64,000 nucleotides of DNA from Lama guanicoe (Eukaryota). The DNA lies in assembly GCA_013239625.1 (NCBI GenBank), contig MU053365.1, positions 560,001-624,000 on the forward strand, written 5' to 3'. Each line of letters opens with the position of its first letter. Within the stretch, counting starts at the first letter, position 1. A model generated the notes under the pieces. The model worked only from the letters and a program-made list of their open reading frames with translations. It was not told where the DNA came from and searched no databases. The position numbers and the translations under genes are program-made. Shown piece after piece: positions 26,151 through 37,478 of this stretch.

Positions 26151-27569
26151 GATACAGGCGTGCCCCGGCGAGGAAACACAAAGCCAAGTACACTCGGAGT
26201 AACCCAAACTTCCCAAGCCGTTAGGGCCTCATTCCTCCTAAAAGCTTAAAACTGCTCAATGAATGAAATCTACGTTTATTTTGTCTGTCTTAGCTCCTAA
26301 GGAGAAAAAAAAGCATTGTTAGTTATGTATTGAATTTTGCAGTGTTTGCCCATTCCCCAAATAATTGATTTACTCAACTAGTGGATATTTTTTCCATTTA
26401 TCAGATTTCTCGAGCTGCACGGAACCAGGCTTAGAGGCACTTTGGAAGAAAGTGCTTATAAGTTACTGTCAAAAAGGATTTCACAATTGGATCTGCATTT
26501 GTAAGCACACTATTAAAATATGCTTTAACATGACCAGAACATTTTCAAACAGCTGGCATATTCATCTAAAAACATAATTAGTTTTCAATAAAAGTTGCTG
26601 TTTATTACTGGGGAAAAGTTCTCCGGTGACTTTTAAGGATCTGCCAAGTGAAATTTCAAAATGAAAATAGATTATCCCTGCTGGCCAGGGGCCAAGTGGA
26701 ATGAAACGCAAACACTCGAATTTGTGCCAAGTCCTAGACACACTGCACCGAAGCAAAGTGGGTAAGTGCCCGCCTGGGTTTAATGTTACATAAACCTGCC
26801 CATCGTCCTCTCCAGCTCGGCAGAAAACTGTCCACTTGGGGCCTCGGGCCTACGGACTGCGCCAGTTTTAGCCCCTCTCTTCTTGCCGGCAGGAAATGAA
26901 AATGGGTTCAGGAGACGGCAGAGATTCCTTTAACAAGAAGCCAGGTCTGGGGAAGCTTAAAGTCTGGAAATGTGCTGTTAAATAGCCTAAAACAAAGGAA
27001 AATGGACGGTAAAGCCGGTAATGTGAGGGCAGCTCTGTTTGGAAGGAGAATTGCTGGCAGCTTCCATCCTTAGCTAGTTATGCATCATCAAATGATTAAG
27101 AGAGGGGATTTGATAACTGAGCTGCATCCATGTTTCCAACCTCCAGCGCCTTAGTGGTAGTTTTTACAGTGAGGAAACCAGCCCGAGAGCCCCGTGGACG
27201 ATCACCTCTGTGGGCAGGAGTGTTCACCAGCACCAAGCTTCTCCAGGCCCATCTCACATCCAGAGGTTATGTCTTCAAGCACAACTAGTTCCTCTCTCTG
27301 AATAGTATTTGTTAAGTCTTTCCACGTTTGTGTCTTGCAACTTCTTCCCTGTTCCAACAGCTCTTCTACAGAGAAGCACCAAAAACATACATGATGCAAG
27401 CTCTTCCTATGGGAACTCTGTTGATCCTTGAATTGAAAAAAGTGAGGAACGTTTGCAATAGAAACTTCAGCCTTGAGATGTGAGGAGGCTATAAACAATG
27501 CTAGCAAATAGCCACCTAGGTTTTCTCTAATGGAAGCTATTTCAGCACAGAAGCAAGGTGAGGGGCTGA

Positions 27570-27850
27570 GGGTTCAAAAGCTAGCCTTGCAGTCAGTGAA
27601 AAGAGTACAGACTTGGGAGTCATTATATCTATTTGGATCTACACTTTGCAGTTTGTTTCTCAGGAGTGATTTTCAACATGCTCCAAGCTCGGTTGGTTGT
27701 TTTTGGTTTGGTTTGGTTTGGTTTGGTTTGGTTTGGTTTGGTTTTGTTTTTTGACCTATAAAGTGGGAATGAAAATGCCAACCTCAGGGAACAGTTGTGA
27801 GAATCAATGGGACAATGCTTTATAAACTATAAAGTGCCGTGTCATGATTG
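27570..27850 (+). mobile_element. MIR SINE interrupted by a microsatellite
   Basis: gcagtcagtgaaaagagtacagacttgggagtca...acctataaagtgggaatgaaaatgccaacctcagggaacagttgtgagaatcaa. Confidence 0.75.
27702..27741. repeat. (TTTGG)8 pentanucleotide microsatellite
   Basis: Read directly from the sequence. Confidence 0.97.
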
Positions 27851-28539
27851 ACTCATTTTTCCCACTGCCCATTCACCTTCATTTCCTAATGTTCTAATGT
27901 CAAAACCCATTTCCCATTTAAGTGACTGTGATTTAGCATTTATAGTTATTTGGAGCCGAAACCATCGATTCTTCAAAGTGTTATGGTTTGGAAACATCGT
28001 GTGTGCAACTGGCAAACAAAGGCTTATCTGGAACCTCTGACCTGATTCCCAGATGCTTAGACGGTCATTTTTCTAGGACCATTTGTTTACTGATCTATTT
28101 CTTTTGTTAAATGGATCCTAAAATTTGCTAAATATTTCTTTTGGAAGTGGAGAGCCAAATAGCTCCATTCCTATAGGTCAGATTAAATAAAATGAGAACA
28201 AAATGCTTCCCTGTCTATCTCAGCTTACAAGCTCTGAGCCAGCCTCTAGGTAATTCCAGACAGATAATTCCATGGAGAAAGAAGCAGATCTCCACTTTAC
28301 TTTGTGTAAATAGGATTAATCGGTGGTCATTTTTAATTTTAAATAAATAACAGATAAACAAACATCTAAGTGTGACTGTAAAACGTTACTCCTACCTTTT
28401 AGTCCTGCCACTTCCTCTTTCCGTGGGAGGAGGCCACACTGGGAGCTCTGTTAACCCGTACAGCCTTGGGTACCAAGTGGAAACTCTGCTTGCAGGAGCC
28501 ACGTGTGCCCTCGGCGACTGTATTTCCTGTGTGTCCTCT

Positions 28540-29129
28540 ACCATGGCACCACCTCAGCCGTGGGAGCTTTCCAGGTCAGCTCAAATTTATTGCCAGAGCT
28601 GTGCTGTACCTGAACTGATGCCCCAGGCCAGGAAGGAATGGTTCATAGAGAAACAAGAAGGGAGCTGACCGGCTTTCTAAGGCAGGCTGTGATGGGCCCC
28701 CATGCTGATACGAACCTTCCCCTAAGTGATAAGGCCGTTTTGCCCACTTGGAGCACTGAACACCCTCAGTCTGGGAATCTGAAATTTTAGTAGTTGCTAA
28801 GTAGAGTGGGCCTAGGAGACCAGACCCCAGTAAAAACCTTGGGTATTAAGTCTCCAAAAGGCTCCCCTGGGCACACCTCATGCGTGTTGCTGCATTTTGC
28901 TGCCAGGGCAGAGCATTTTGCGGAACCCTCATGGGAGAAAGAGAGCATCAGAAGCCTGCATCCAGATTCCTCCAGACTCTTCCTGATGTATCCTTCCCCT
29001 TGCGGACCTGGCTGTATGTTCTGGCTGTCCCTATAATAAACCTGAGCCCCGAGGATGACTATAGATTAAGTCCCATGAGCCTTTCTAGCAAATCAGTGAA
29101 CCCTGGGTGACCTTGAAACCCCTGGAACA
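28540..29129 (+). mobile_element. ERVL solo LTR, MER68-like (MER21/MER77 group)
   Basis: ccccagtaaaaaccttggg...gtgttgctgcatttt...cctcatgggagaaagagagcat...gattcctccagactc...AATAAA (about 29035)...gagcctttctagcaaatca...ends in aca. Confidence 0.75.
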
Positions 29130-29597
29130 GTCCCCATGTGGCCATCACTGAGGACAACCAGCCTGCTGCCCTTCAGACACTGTATTATTTTTATATAAAA
29201 TTCCTCAAAAATATATTTGCTGCTAGTTCTTCAATATAGTCTAGAGGACATCCTTGGCCACGTTAAAAAGCCAGGAAGGCAAATTCAAGTGGCCCAGATA
29301 TTCTGTCCACAAAAGTTTCAACATTAAGAAGAAAATAATTCTGATTTGCTTAAGTTCTTATAACCACTAATTACCTTTTAGGGAAAAATCAATTAGAAAT
29401 TACAGATGTGTAGACCAATTCCATTAACTATCACAAAGAGAAAGAAATCATTCGGTAAATGATCATTTGTGTTGAATAAGAAAAAACATAGAAAAGAAGG
29501 AAGTAGGAGAACGGAGACATGCACTGGAAGTTTATCAAAGACCAGCATTACGTCAGAGTCTTAAGTGAAAGCGTCCTAAACATACCAGCCATTTCTT

Positions 29598-29660
29598 TAA
29601 AAAAATTGTTTTTTATTGAAGTATAGCCGGCTTACAATGTCATGTTAATATCTGGTATAA
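29598..29660 (-). mobile_element. Short L1 3' terminal fragment
   Basis: ttttattgaagtatagccggcttacaatgt...tctggtata; flanked by ataccagccatttctt / atactgcccatttctt (probable TSD). Confidence 0.8.
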
Positions 29661-30529
29661 ATACTGCCCATTTCTTAGTGAGCCACATTGTCATAGGACT
29701 CCAGCTCCATCTTTGCCTGCCCACGATGTTGGAGGGAGCACCATTTAAAACGCTCTGTTAAGTTTCTGAGGCTTGCCCAGAGGTCACTGGAGCCTGATTT
29801 TGCTTTATTTTATTGAAAGGGGAATAGTTTTCTAGTAGAATACCCAATCTTCCAGACCCAGGACCTGCACCCATAAGCCCTGAGGAAAGGACCCCAGCAG
29901 ACATTCACAGCCAACTCTACCTCCACGGAAACCATATTGAATGGAGGGCAATTTCTGGGTGGTCAGAGCTGAGAAAGCCAGGCCACGTGAGGGCGACAAT
30001 GCTCCTAGGCTCCTAGGGGTAGGGCTTTGGGACTGGTTTCTCTGCTCCTCACTCTGTATCTGACAGCCTCTCCTGGGACAGATGGAACAATTTACTGATG
30101 AGTGTGGCTGGAGTGGCTTCGTTCAGGAGCCCTGGAAGAGTCCAGTGCCACTCAGGGCTCAGCAACTTCAGGAGGCTGCAGTCTCCTCTTGACTCAAGCT
30201 GTTGGGTGCCAGTTGACTCTGCCTTCACCTGATTCACGAAAACCCACTCTAGTGCCTAATCATTTTCTAGGGCCAGGATCATAACATTTAGTGGTGACCC
30301 ATTAAAAACAAAATGTGACTACCAATAGTAACAGTAAAACTTTAAATGATGTATTAATTCCTGCCACCGCTGTTGCCTCACTGCCTCCCATTGCTATTCT
30401 ATTCCTGCTAACCAGCCCAGTATTAATACCTTTACTGCTCCTTCAAACATTTATTGAGCACCTTACTCTTGAACTCTGTGGCATGGAAACTAACAGTCTT
30501 CTTTTCTGTTCTTGGCCACGCTCGTTCTT

Positions 30530-30710
30530 AAGGTTGGGAGAACTGCACTCAGATGAAGGTGGCATCACTCAGTAGTTTTGTGGCCTTGGGCAAACCACTC
30601 AACTTCTCTGTTACTCAGTCCCTTCCTTTGAAAATGGGGTAATAATCTCTTTCAGGCAAGGTCACTGAGAAGATTAAGGATAATGTAGGTAAAGTGTATC
30701 AAAAGCTCTC
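30530..30710 (+). mobile_element. MIR SINE
   Basis: tgtggccttgggcaaaccactcaacttctctgttactcagt...aaaatggggtaataat...gaagattaa. Confidence 0.85.
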
Positions 30711-31012
30711 AAAAAAATGAGAGTGGCTACAGATATTGTTATAATTTTTGAAAATTTTTATTATTGCTCCTCTTATAATGATGAGGCAATTCATGCCAAG
30801 GTATCCTTCTTGGTCACTGCCTCCAAAGGAGGAGCAAACTAGCAGGCCTTTGGGCACTGGACCCCAAATCTGCACCGTGGGCTCATTTGTTAACATGATC
30901 TAAACATGAGAAGAGCCAAACTCTGAAGCCTGCCACAGGACAGAAGCATGGTGATCCTCCTAGCAAGGGCGCCCTAATCAAACAACATGCCAGACAAATC
31001 TGGTGTGTAGGA

Positions 31013-32006
31013 AGGCTTAATTTCCAGAATATATAAACAGCTTAACAAGAAAAAAACAAACAGCCCAATCCAAAAATGGGGCAATTCTCCAATGAAGACA
31101 TACAAATGGCCAATAAGCACATGAAAAAATGCTCAATATCAATAATTATCAGAGAAATGCAAATCAAAACTATACTGAGGTATCACCTCACACCAGTCAG
31201 AATGGCCATTGTTCAAAAGTCCACAGACGATAAATGCTGGAGACGCTGTGGAGAAAAGGGAACCCTCCTACACTGCTGGTGGGAATGTAGTCTGGTGCAG
31301 CCACTGTGGAAAACAGTACGGAGATGCCTCATAAAACTAAAAATAGAGTTACCATATAATCCAGTAAATCCCACTCCTGGGAATATATCCAGAGGGAACT
31401 CTTATTCAAAAAGACACCTGCACCCCAATGTTCACAGCAGCACTATTTACATTAGCCAAGACGTGGAAAGAGCCTAAATGCACATCGACAGATGACTGGA
31501 TAAAGAAGTGGTGGTATATTTACACACTGGAATACTCCTCAGCCATAAAAAGAATAAAATAATGCCATTTGGAGCAACATGGCTGGACCTGGAGATCATT
31601 ACGCTAAGTGAAGTAAGCCAGAAAGAGAAAGAAAATACCATATGATATCACTCATATGTGGAATCTAAAAAAAAAAAGAAAAAAGAAAAAAGAGGACACT
31701 AATGAAATCATCTACAAAACAGAAACAGACATGCTAAATAATCGTATGATTACTGGGGGAAAGAGGTTAGGAAGGGATAAATTTGGGAGGTTAAGATTTG
31801 CAAATGTTAGCCACTATATATAAAAATAGATTAAAAAAACAAATTTCTTCTTTACAGCACAGGGAACTACATTCAATAGCTTGTAATAACATTTAATGGA
31901 AAAAAATATGAAAATGAATATATGTATGTATATGCATAAGTGGGCCAGTGGGCTGTACACCAGAAATTGACACATTGTAACTGACTGTGCTTCAATTAAA
32001 AAAAAA
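31013..32006 (+). mobile_element. 5'-truncated L1, about 1 kb (ORF2 C-terminal CCHC region + 3'UTR + poly-A)
   Basis: ORF 31076-31477 [10 protein letters not shown]...[10 protein letters not shown]...[18 protein letters not shown] is the L1 ORF2 cysteine-rich domain, then a frameshift; 3'UTR ends ttcaattaaaaaaaaa. Confidence 0.97.
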
Positions 32007-34324
32007 GCCCCATGGAAATCATGAGGATGTGGGATATTCTAATTTGCCTTTGTTCGTAATTTCAGGATGATTTGCAGTTAGCTTTATGGGGTAGGAGGAA
32101 GTGGCTGACCTTGGTAGTGCCTTACCCCACCCTTCTGAGGCCTATGCTTGGCAATTAACGTGGCTGTGTAATTAACATGAGGCAATGGGCCCCTTTCCTC
32201 CCCCACCCCCATCACAAAAAAAAGGTGTTCACACCTGAATACAATTTTGGTTACAGCACAATAAAGGACAGGTGACAGGCCCAGCTGGAAGGCCTCTTTT
32301 TCATTTTCCTGTGGCCACAAATCAGACATCTCGGGCTCACAGCAGGACAGGCTCCACTGGCAGTAATTGGCACCATCTGTAGCTGTCAGAGCACTGGCTG
32401 GCATTCCAGCATTCCATCTTTCCAGTCAAGGCATTCATCACTCGTCCAAAACTCAGCCAGCTGACACTGAAAGATTAACTTGCATTGATTTGCTTGGCTA
32501 AACTCGTCTGAGCTTCAGTTGGTACTGAGCATTCCTGTTTAATAGCCATCCTCATCACAAGATGTTTACAAGGTGATTGTCTACTGAAGGTTTTTTTCCT
32601 TTTTCGCTCCCCATCTTCTGCCTAATGATGCTCTCAATAATTAGACTTTGGGAAATGGTGAATTAAAACACAGGAAAGTGAGTGCTGCATATGATCCCTG
32701 CCAAATGCCAGGGCCCATGGGCTGTATAATTAGAAAGATTCTCCCCTTATCTCTCAGTTGCATTCAATTCCTCCGTTGTCCCGGTGTTCGTACGTGGTAT
32801 AGAAGATGTTCTATCTGCAGTCCTGCCAGAGGACATGAGGGGGTCAGTCATCTTGGGGTTAATCATGGGCCATGAGGTGGGCCTGTACCCACCTTTCCAC
32901 TCCCCAGCCCGTGAACATTTCCCCACTGCCTTCCCTGGGCCAGGCAAACAGCAACCCAGAGAAGGACTTTCCCCAAAGCCACGTAGCAAATAAGTAGTAG
33001 AGCCAGTATGTTCCACTCCATAGCAATGTGTTCTCAACTGCCACATTCAAGTTTCCATTTATCCATATGTAATTATTTTTAGCCTTGCCCAATTTTGTTC
33101 AGTTCCATGCCACTTCCTGTGTGTGACAGCTTCCTTCACATCATGGAACATCTTGCTTTGATTGTGAAATATACACTCAAGAGAAAGTTGCCCTCCACCG
33201 AGTGAGATGAACTCTCCACTCACAGGTTTTAAGCCTATAATGTCAAGAGGCAGTTCAACATGTTATAACCCTCATGGATTGGAATCAACTTAGCCTCCCG
33301 AGATGGAGACAGTACCCCAGGATACTGACAGAGGTTATATAAATAGGGATATAAATATATCGATAGAGATATCTTTTTTCCTTCTAGTATGCCAGAAAAC
33401 ATACATTTCAAAAGAATGATCCTAGATCCTTTTCCAGAAAAAAAAAAACAACAACAACTCTCAGGACTTCCCTTGGAAAGCAAAGCAAGTGATAAATTGC
33501 AAGTCTCACTTAAATTGCCACCCTCTTACTTGACAATGTAAATAAAATGTTCTTCTGTGAATGAAGATGTAGGAGTCAGAATAGCATGACAAATATCTGT
33601 TTATATAGTTATTATCAAAATATTACTAACAAATATGCCCCCACCATCTTTTGGGGAGTAATTGAAGGCAACATTAATGTTCAGTTTGGTACGTGAGATA
33701 AAAAGTACTGAGGAGTAGCACATGTGTTGCTCTTCCTACCACTGTTATCACTGATACTCATAATAAACATTTATGGAGCATCCACCATAGACACTTATTA
33801 GGCTCAAAGGGGGAAAGAAACCAAGAAAGAACTGACAAGATTTACAGCAAAAGATTAAATACATGTGTATATAGGTATGTGGATAGATGATTGATGAAAA
33901 GCAAGGAGGAAGGGAGCAAGAATACTGTGCCCATGGGATATGGGTTTGTGGCCTCTCAAGAAATTTCCAGGAACAACCTCTTTCCACCAAGAAGAAATAC
34001 ATTTTCTTCAAAACAGAACTCAGCAGCCACTTCAGCCAGGAGGATTACTGTGGATGGGGCATACTATGTCCATCACTCTCACTGGGGAGCCAAGGCAAAG
34101 ATGGCGGCGGGAGAGAAAGGGTAGTTGAAGGGAAGGATTAGAGAAAAAGACTCGAGAGAAGATTGAACTCACAGGAGGGAAACAGGATGAGAGGAAGAGA
34201 CGAGGCAGGAAGAATACACAGATACAATAGTCTAAGTCATCTAACAGGGCAAAATGAGTGCTCCATAGCATTCCACATGCTCATTGCCAATCATCCCTCC
34301 TCATTGCTCATCTGTGTTTCTTAC

Positions 34325-34560
34325 CAATGAGCATCTACCATGTGCCAGGAACTCAGCTAGGTGCTCTCATATGTTGTATTGTTGCTACCATCAACCCTGT
34401 GATGTTAGCTCGCTCCATCATTCTCAGATGCACGGGTACTTTAAGAGTAGATAAACAGGTTGCTCTGGTTTGGGTTTTGATTTTCACAACCACTTGCTGG
34501 GGCAGGAATTATTATCCCTATTTGACAGAGAAGTACACAGACCAGAACCTGCAGTGAAGT
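34325..34560 (-). mobile_element. MIR SINE fragment(s)
   Basis: tgagcatctaccatgtgccagg...attattatccctatttgacagagaagtacacaga. Confidence 0.65.
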
Positions 34561-35204
34561 CTCAGAATGATACTCAATTTGTTTCTGTCTGCTGTTATGA
34601 CTTGAGGATCTCAGATGCAATCCATTAAGCCCTGGTTTTCCTTAGTTCCATAAGGAATAGCCAGCCAGTTCTCACCATCCAGAGGCCTTTAATCAGTGCT
34701 TGTCTGAGTTTCCTTGCTTAGTGAGCAGGAGATCCACAAAATCCTATGTACAAGGAACTGAATGTAAGCCAGTGTTCTGGGGTACTCTTAAGCCAAAGGA
34801 GTCATCTCACTATGACCAATGACATTATTTTAAGTGTAAAGAGGGAGAAAAGTTCACTGTGGCTGATGGAAGACCTTCTACTGCCTACTCACACTGCCCA
34901 CCTTCCTCTTGAAGCTCAAACTCATCTATACTGCTCCAAGCACCCTAGATTTACTGGTCCCAAGAACGGCTGTGGATTCGCCATATTCTTCATTATAGGT
35001 GATAAATTACAATAATTTATGACATCACTTCAACCTCAGCCCTGGGTTGTCAATTTGCTCTGTTCATTCTTGGACACATGAGCGCTCAATTTCTAAATCA
35101 GACTATGGCCCCTGGTCAGTCCTAGGACACTGTATGCAATTATTTGATGAGTGAAATTTGAAATACAGTTGGTTTATTTATCCACTTTCTCAATAGAGCC
35201 TAAC

Positions 35205-35300
35205 TGCACTCCTACTGTGCTCACTCCCTGTGCTAGGCACCCAGGCACAGAGATGAATTAAGACACCATTCTTTGTTCTCAAGAGGCTCAGAATCTATCA
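35205..35300 (-). mobile_element. L2 3' fragment
   Basis: cctactgtgc...ctgtgctaggcac...acagagatgaattaagacac...tctcaagaggctcagaatcta. Confidence 0.7.
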
Positions 35301-35429
35301 TAAAATAAAAACATCCTCATCAACATGTCAACACTTGTAAGTTCGATATAGAGAAAGAGTAGAAGGTTTTAGGTTTTCTGAATAACGACTTTTATATTTC
35401 ACGGCTACTAATACTTCTCATTTATGTAA

Positions 35430-35640
35430 GCAAATTGTCCTTGTCAATGTACTTTCCGATCTTTGACTCATATGAACCCCACAATGACCCCATGACATAG
35501 GGAGAGACGGTATCTTCAGCTCTAGCTTGAAGATGTAGAACCTGTAGCTTAAGTGCCTTGTCCAAGGTTGCTCAGCTGATAGACACCAGGGCTGGGCCTC
35601 AACTCCACTCTTCTCTTCCTCAGTCTATTGCTCTTCCCAG
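35430..35640 (-). mobile_element. MIR SINE
   Basis: ccccacaatgaccccatga...ttaagtgccttgtccaaggttgctcagct...gggctgggcctcaactcc. Confidence 0.7.
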
Positions 35641-35669
35641 GTCGCATGATTGCCTTACTTAATTCTAAT

Positions 35670-36141
35670 CACCCTAAGAAGAAACCTTGTCACTTTTAAG
35701 CAATCATTCCTCATTCCTCCTATGCCCAGCCCCTGGCAACAACTAATCTGTTTTCTGTCTCAATGGATCTACTATTCTGGACATTTCATATAAATGGCAT
35801 CATACAATATGTGACCTTTTGTGTCTGGCTTTTTTCACTTAGCATAATGTTGTCACTGTTCATCCAGTTGTAGCAGGTGTCAGGACTTCATTTCTTTTCA
35901 TGGCTGAATAATATTCCATTGTGTGGATTAAGCACATTTTGTTTATCCATTCATTCACTGATGGACATCTGGGTTGCTACTAGTGTTGGCTATTATAAAT
36001 AATGCTGCTATGAGCATTTATGTACAAGTTTCTGTGTGGACACACTTCTTCACTTCTTTTGGATATATACCTAGGAGTGGAACTTGTAGGTTCTATGGTA
36101 AGGTTATGTTTAATTCTTTGCAGAACTGCCAGACCATTTCC
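35670..36141 (-). mobile_element. L1MB-like 3' region
   Basis: cccagcccctggcaacaactaatctg...attctggacatttcatataaatgg...tgtctggctttttt cacttagcataatg...ggatatatacctaggagtggaa...gaactgccagac. Confidence 0.92.
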
Positions 36142-36699
36142 CTCTTTTTTTTTTGCCTAGAACTTAGTAATGTTCCAAAACATTATACACTTTTCTTATT
36201 AATCACATGGTAACAAAGTGTTTCATCTTATAATCAAAGGCTGCACACTGCCAAAGACTTTCATGGTTCAGGCAAAACTCTAAAATTCATGTCGACTGTC
36301 TAAGATGGAAGCCACACACATACAATTTCAGGAGTGAGACCTGGGCAATAAAGGGGGATCTATCTAGAAGATGAGCCCTTCAGGAGGTGATGTAGCCACA
36401 TTTTGAATCTTGAATCCTAGGGAGCTGACTGAACGCATTCATGTCTAGGCTATCAACTAGTTTGAGTCCATCCATCTATCTAGATTCCAAAGACTCTACA
36501 CGGACAGCTACCGATCACAACTGAAATCTCACAGATTTTCTTTGGACATATGTGTTCACATGACCTCTGTCATCCTCAAACATATACAGACCCTGGTGGT
36601 ATATGTGCAAGAAACTTCCTGGTGGTCTGCTCCCCATCATTAGAAGAAGAACCCAAATCTGGGAGCATCAAGGAAGAGCTGTACTTAGAAGAAGCCAGA

Positions 36700-36752
36700 G
36701 TGTGTGTGTGTGTGTGTGTGTGCGCGCGTATGTCTGAGCATGCACACACACG
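36700..36752. repeat. (GT)11(GC)3 microsatellite with trailing (CA)n
   Basis: Read directly from the sequence. Confidence 0.95.
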
Positions 36753-36905
36753 CATAAGCTTGCAGGGCTGGGGGAGATGTACATATACATGTTGACCTTG
36801 GGCTTCCTTGGTGGAATACCTGTTGAACTTGCTCCCCTTTGCTTGTCTGCCTAACCAGAAACTGAATTCAGTGATATGAAAGGTATTAGAAGAACACGGT
36901 AATTA

Positions 36906-37028
36906 GGGGGGAGGGAATAGTTCAAGCAGTAGAGCACATGCTCAGCATGCACGAGGTCCTGGATTCAATCCCTGGCACCTCCTCAAAAAATAAACAAGTA
37001 AACATAACTACTTCCCCCGCAAAAAAAG
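36906..37028 (+). mobile_element. tRNA-Ala-derived SINE (vic-1-like), copy 3
   Basis: gggggagggaatagttcaagcagtagagcacatgctcagcatgcacgaggtcctggattcaatccctggcacctcc + tail; TSD gaacacggtaatt (36892-36904) / gaacacagtaatt (37029-37041). Confidence 0.93.
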
Positions 37029-37443
37029 GAACACAGTAATTGAAAGCCATTTTTCCCGCATTGCCTGATAAGTAACCCGGATCCCTTGCTGCTCTGCAAA
37101 CATAATATGTCCTTTCCCATCTCAGCCCCTCGATCAGTGCCACTCTCCCAGCGTAGACTGGCTTTCTCCACCTTCTCCTGCTCAAGGTCACTTAGATGCC
37201 TCCTGAAGGCTACCCCAACAGGGAGGCAGTCCCGGTTTCTGCTAGCAGGCACCTTCACTTTACCTCTGCATTCTAATGCTGCTCTTCTCCATCTCCATCC
37301 TCATTCCTCACTCTACCAAGACCCCAAACTACTTGAGCATAGGAACTCTGACTTACTCATCTCACATCCCAGCACACAGCTAGTCAGTAATGTCTGCTCC
37401 TGCATTTATTTATACTTTCAAGCACTTACTATGTGTCAAGCAC

Positions 37444-37478
37444 TGTGATGGTTAATTTTATGCATCAACTTGGCTGGG
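37444..37478 (+). mobile_element. 5' tip of an MLT2 (ERVL) LTR embedded in a - strand L2 tail
   Basis: tgtgatggttaattttatgcatcaacttggctggg matches the recalled MLT2 start TGTGATGGTTAATTTTATGTGTCAACTTG. Confidence 0.7.

Noticed and set aside
31076..31477. 133-aa ORF with a CCHC motif as a host gene
   Set aside because: It is the frameshifted C-terminus of L1 ORF2 in a truncated insertion.
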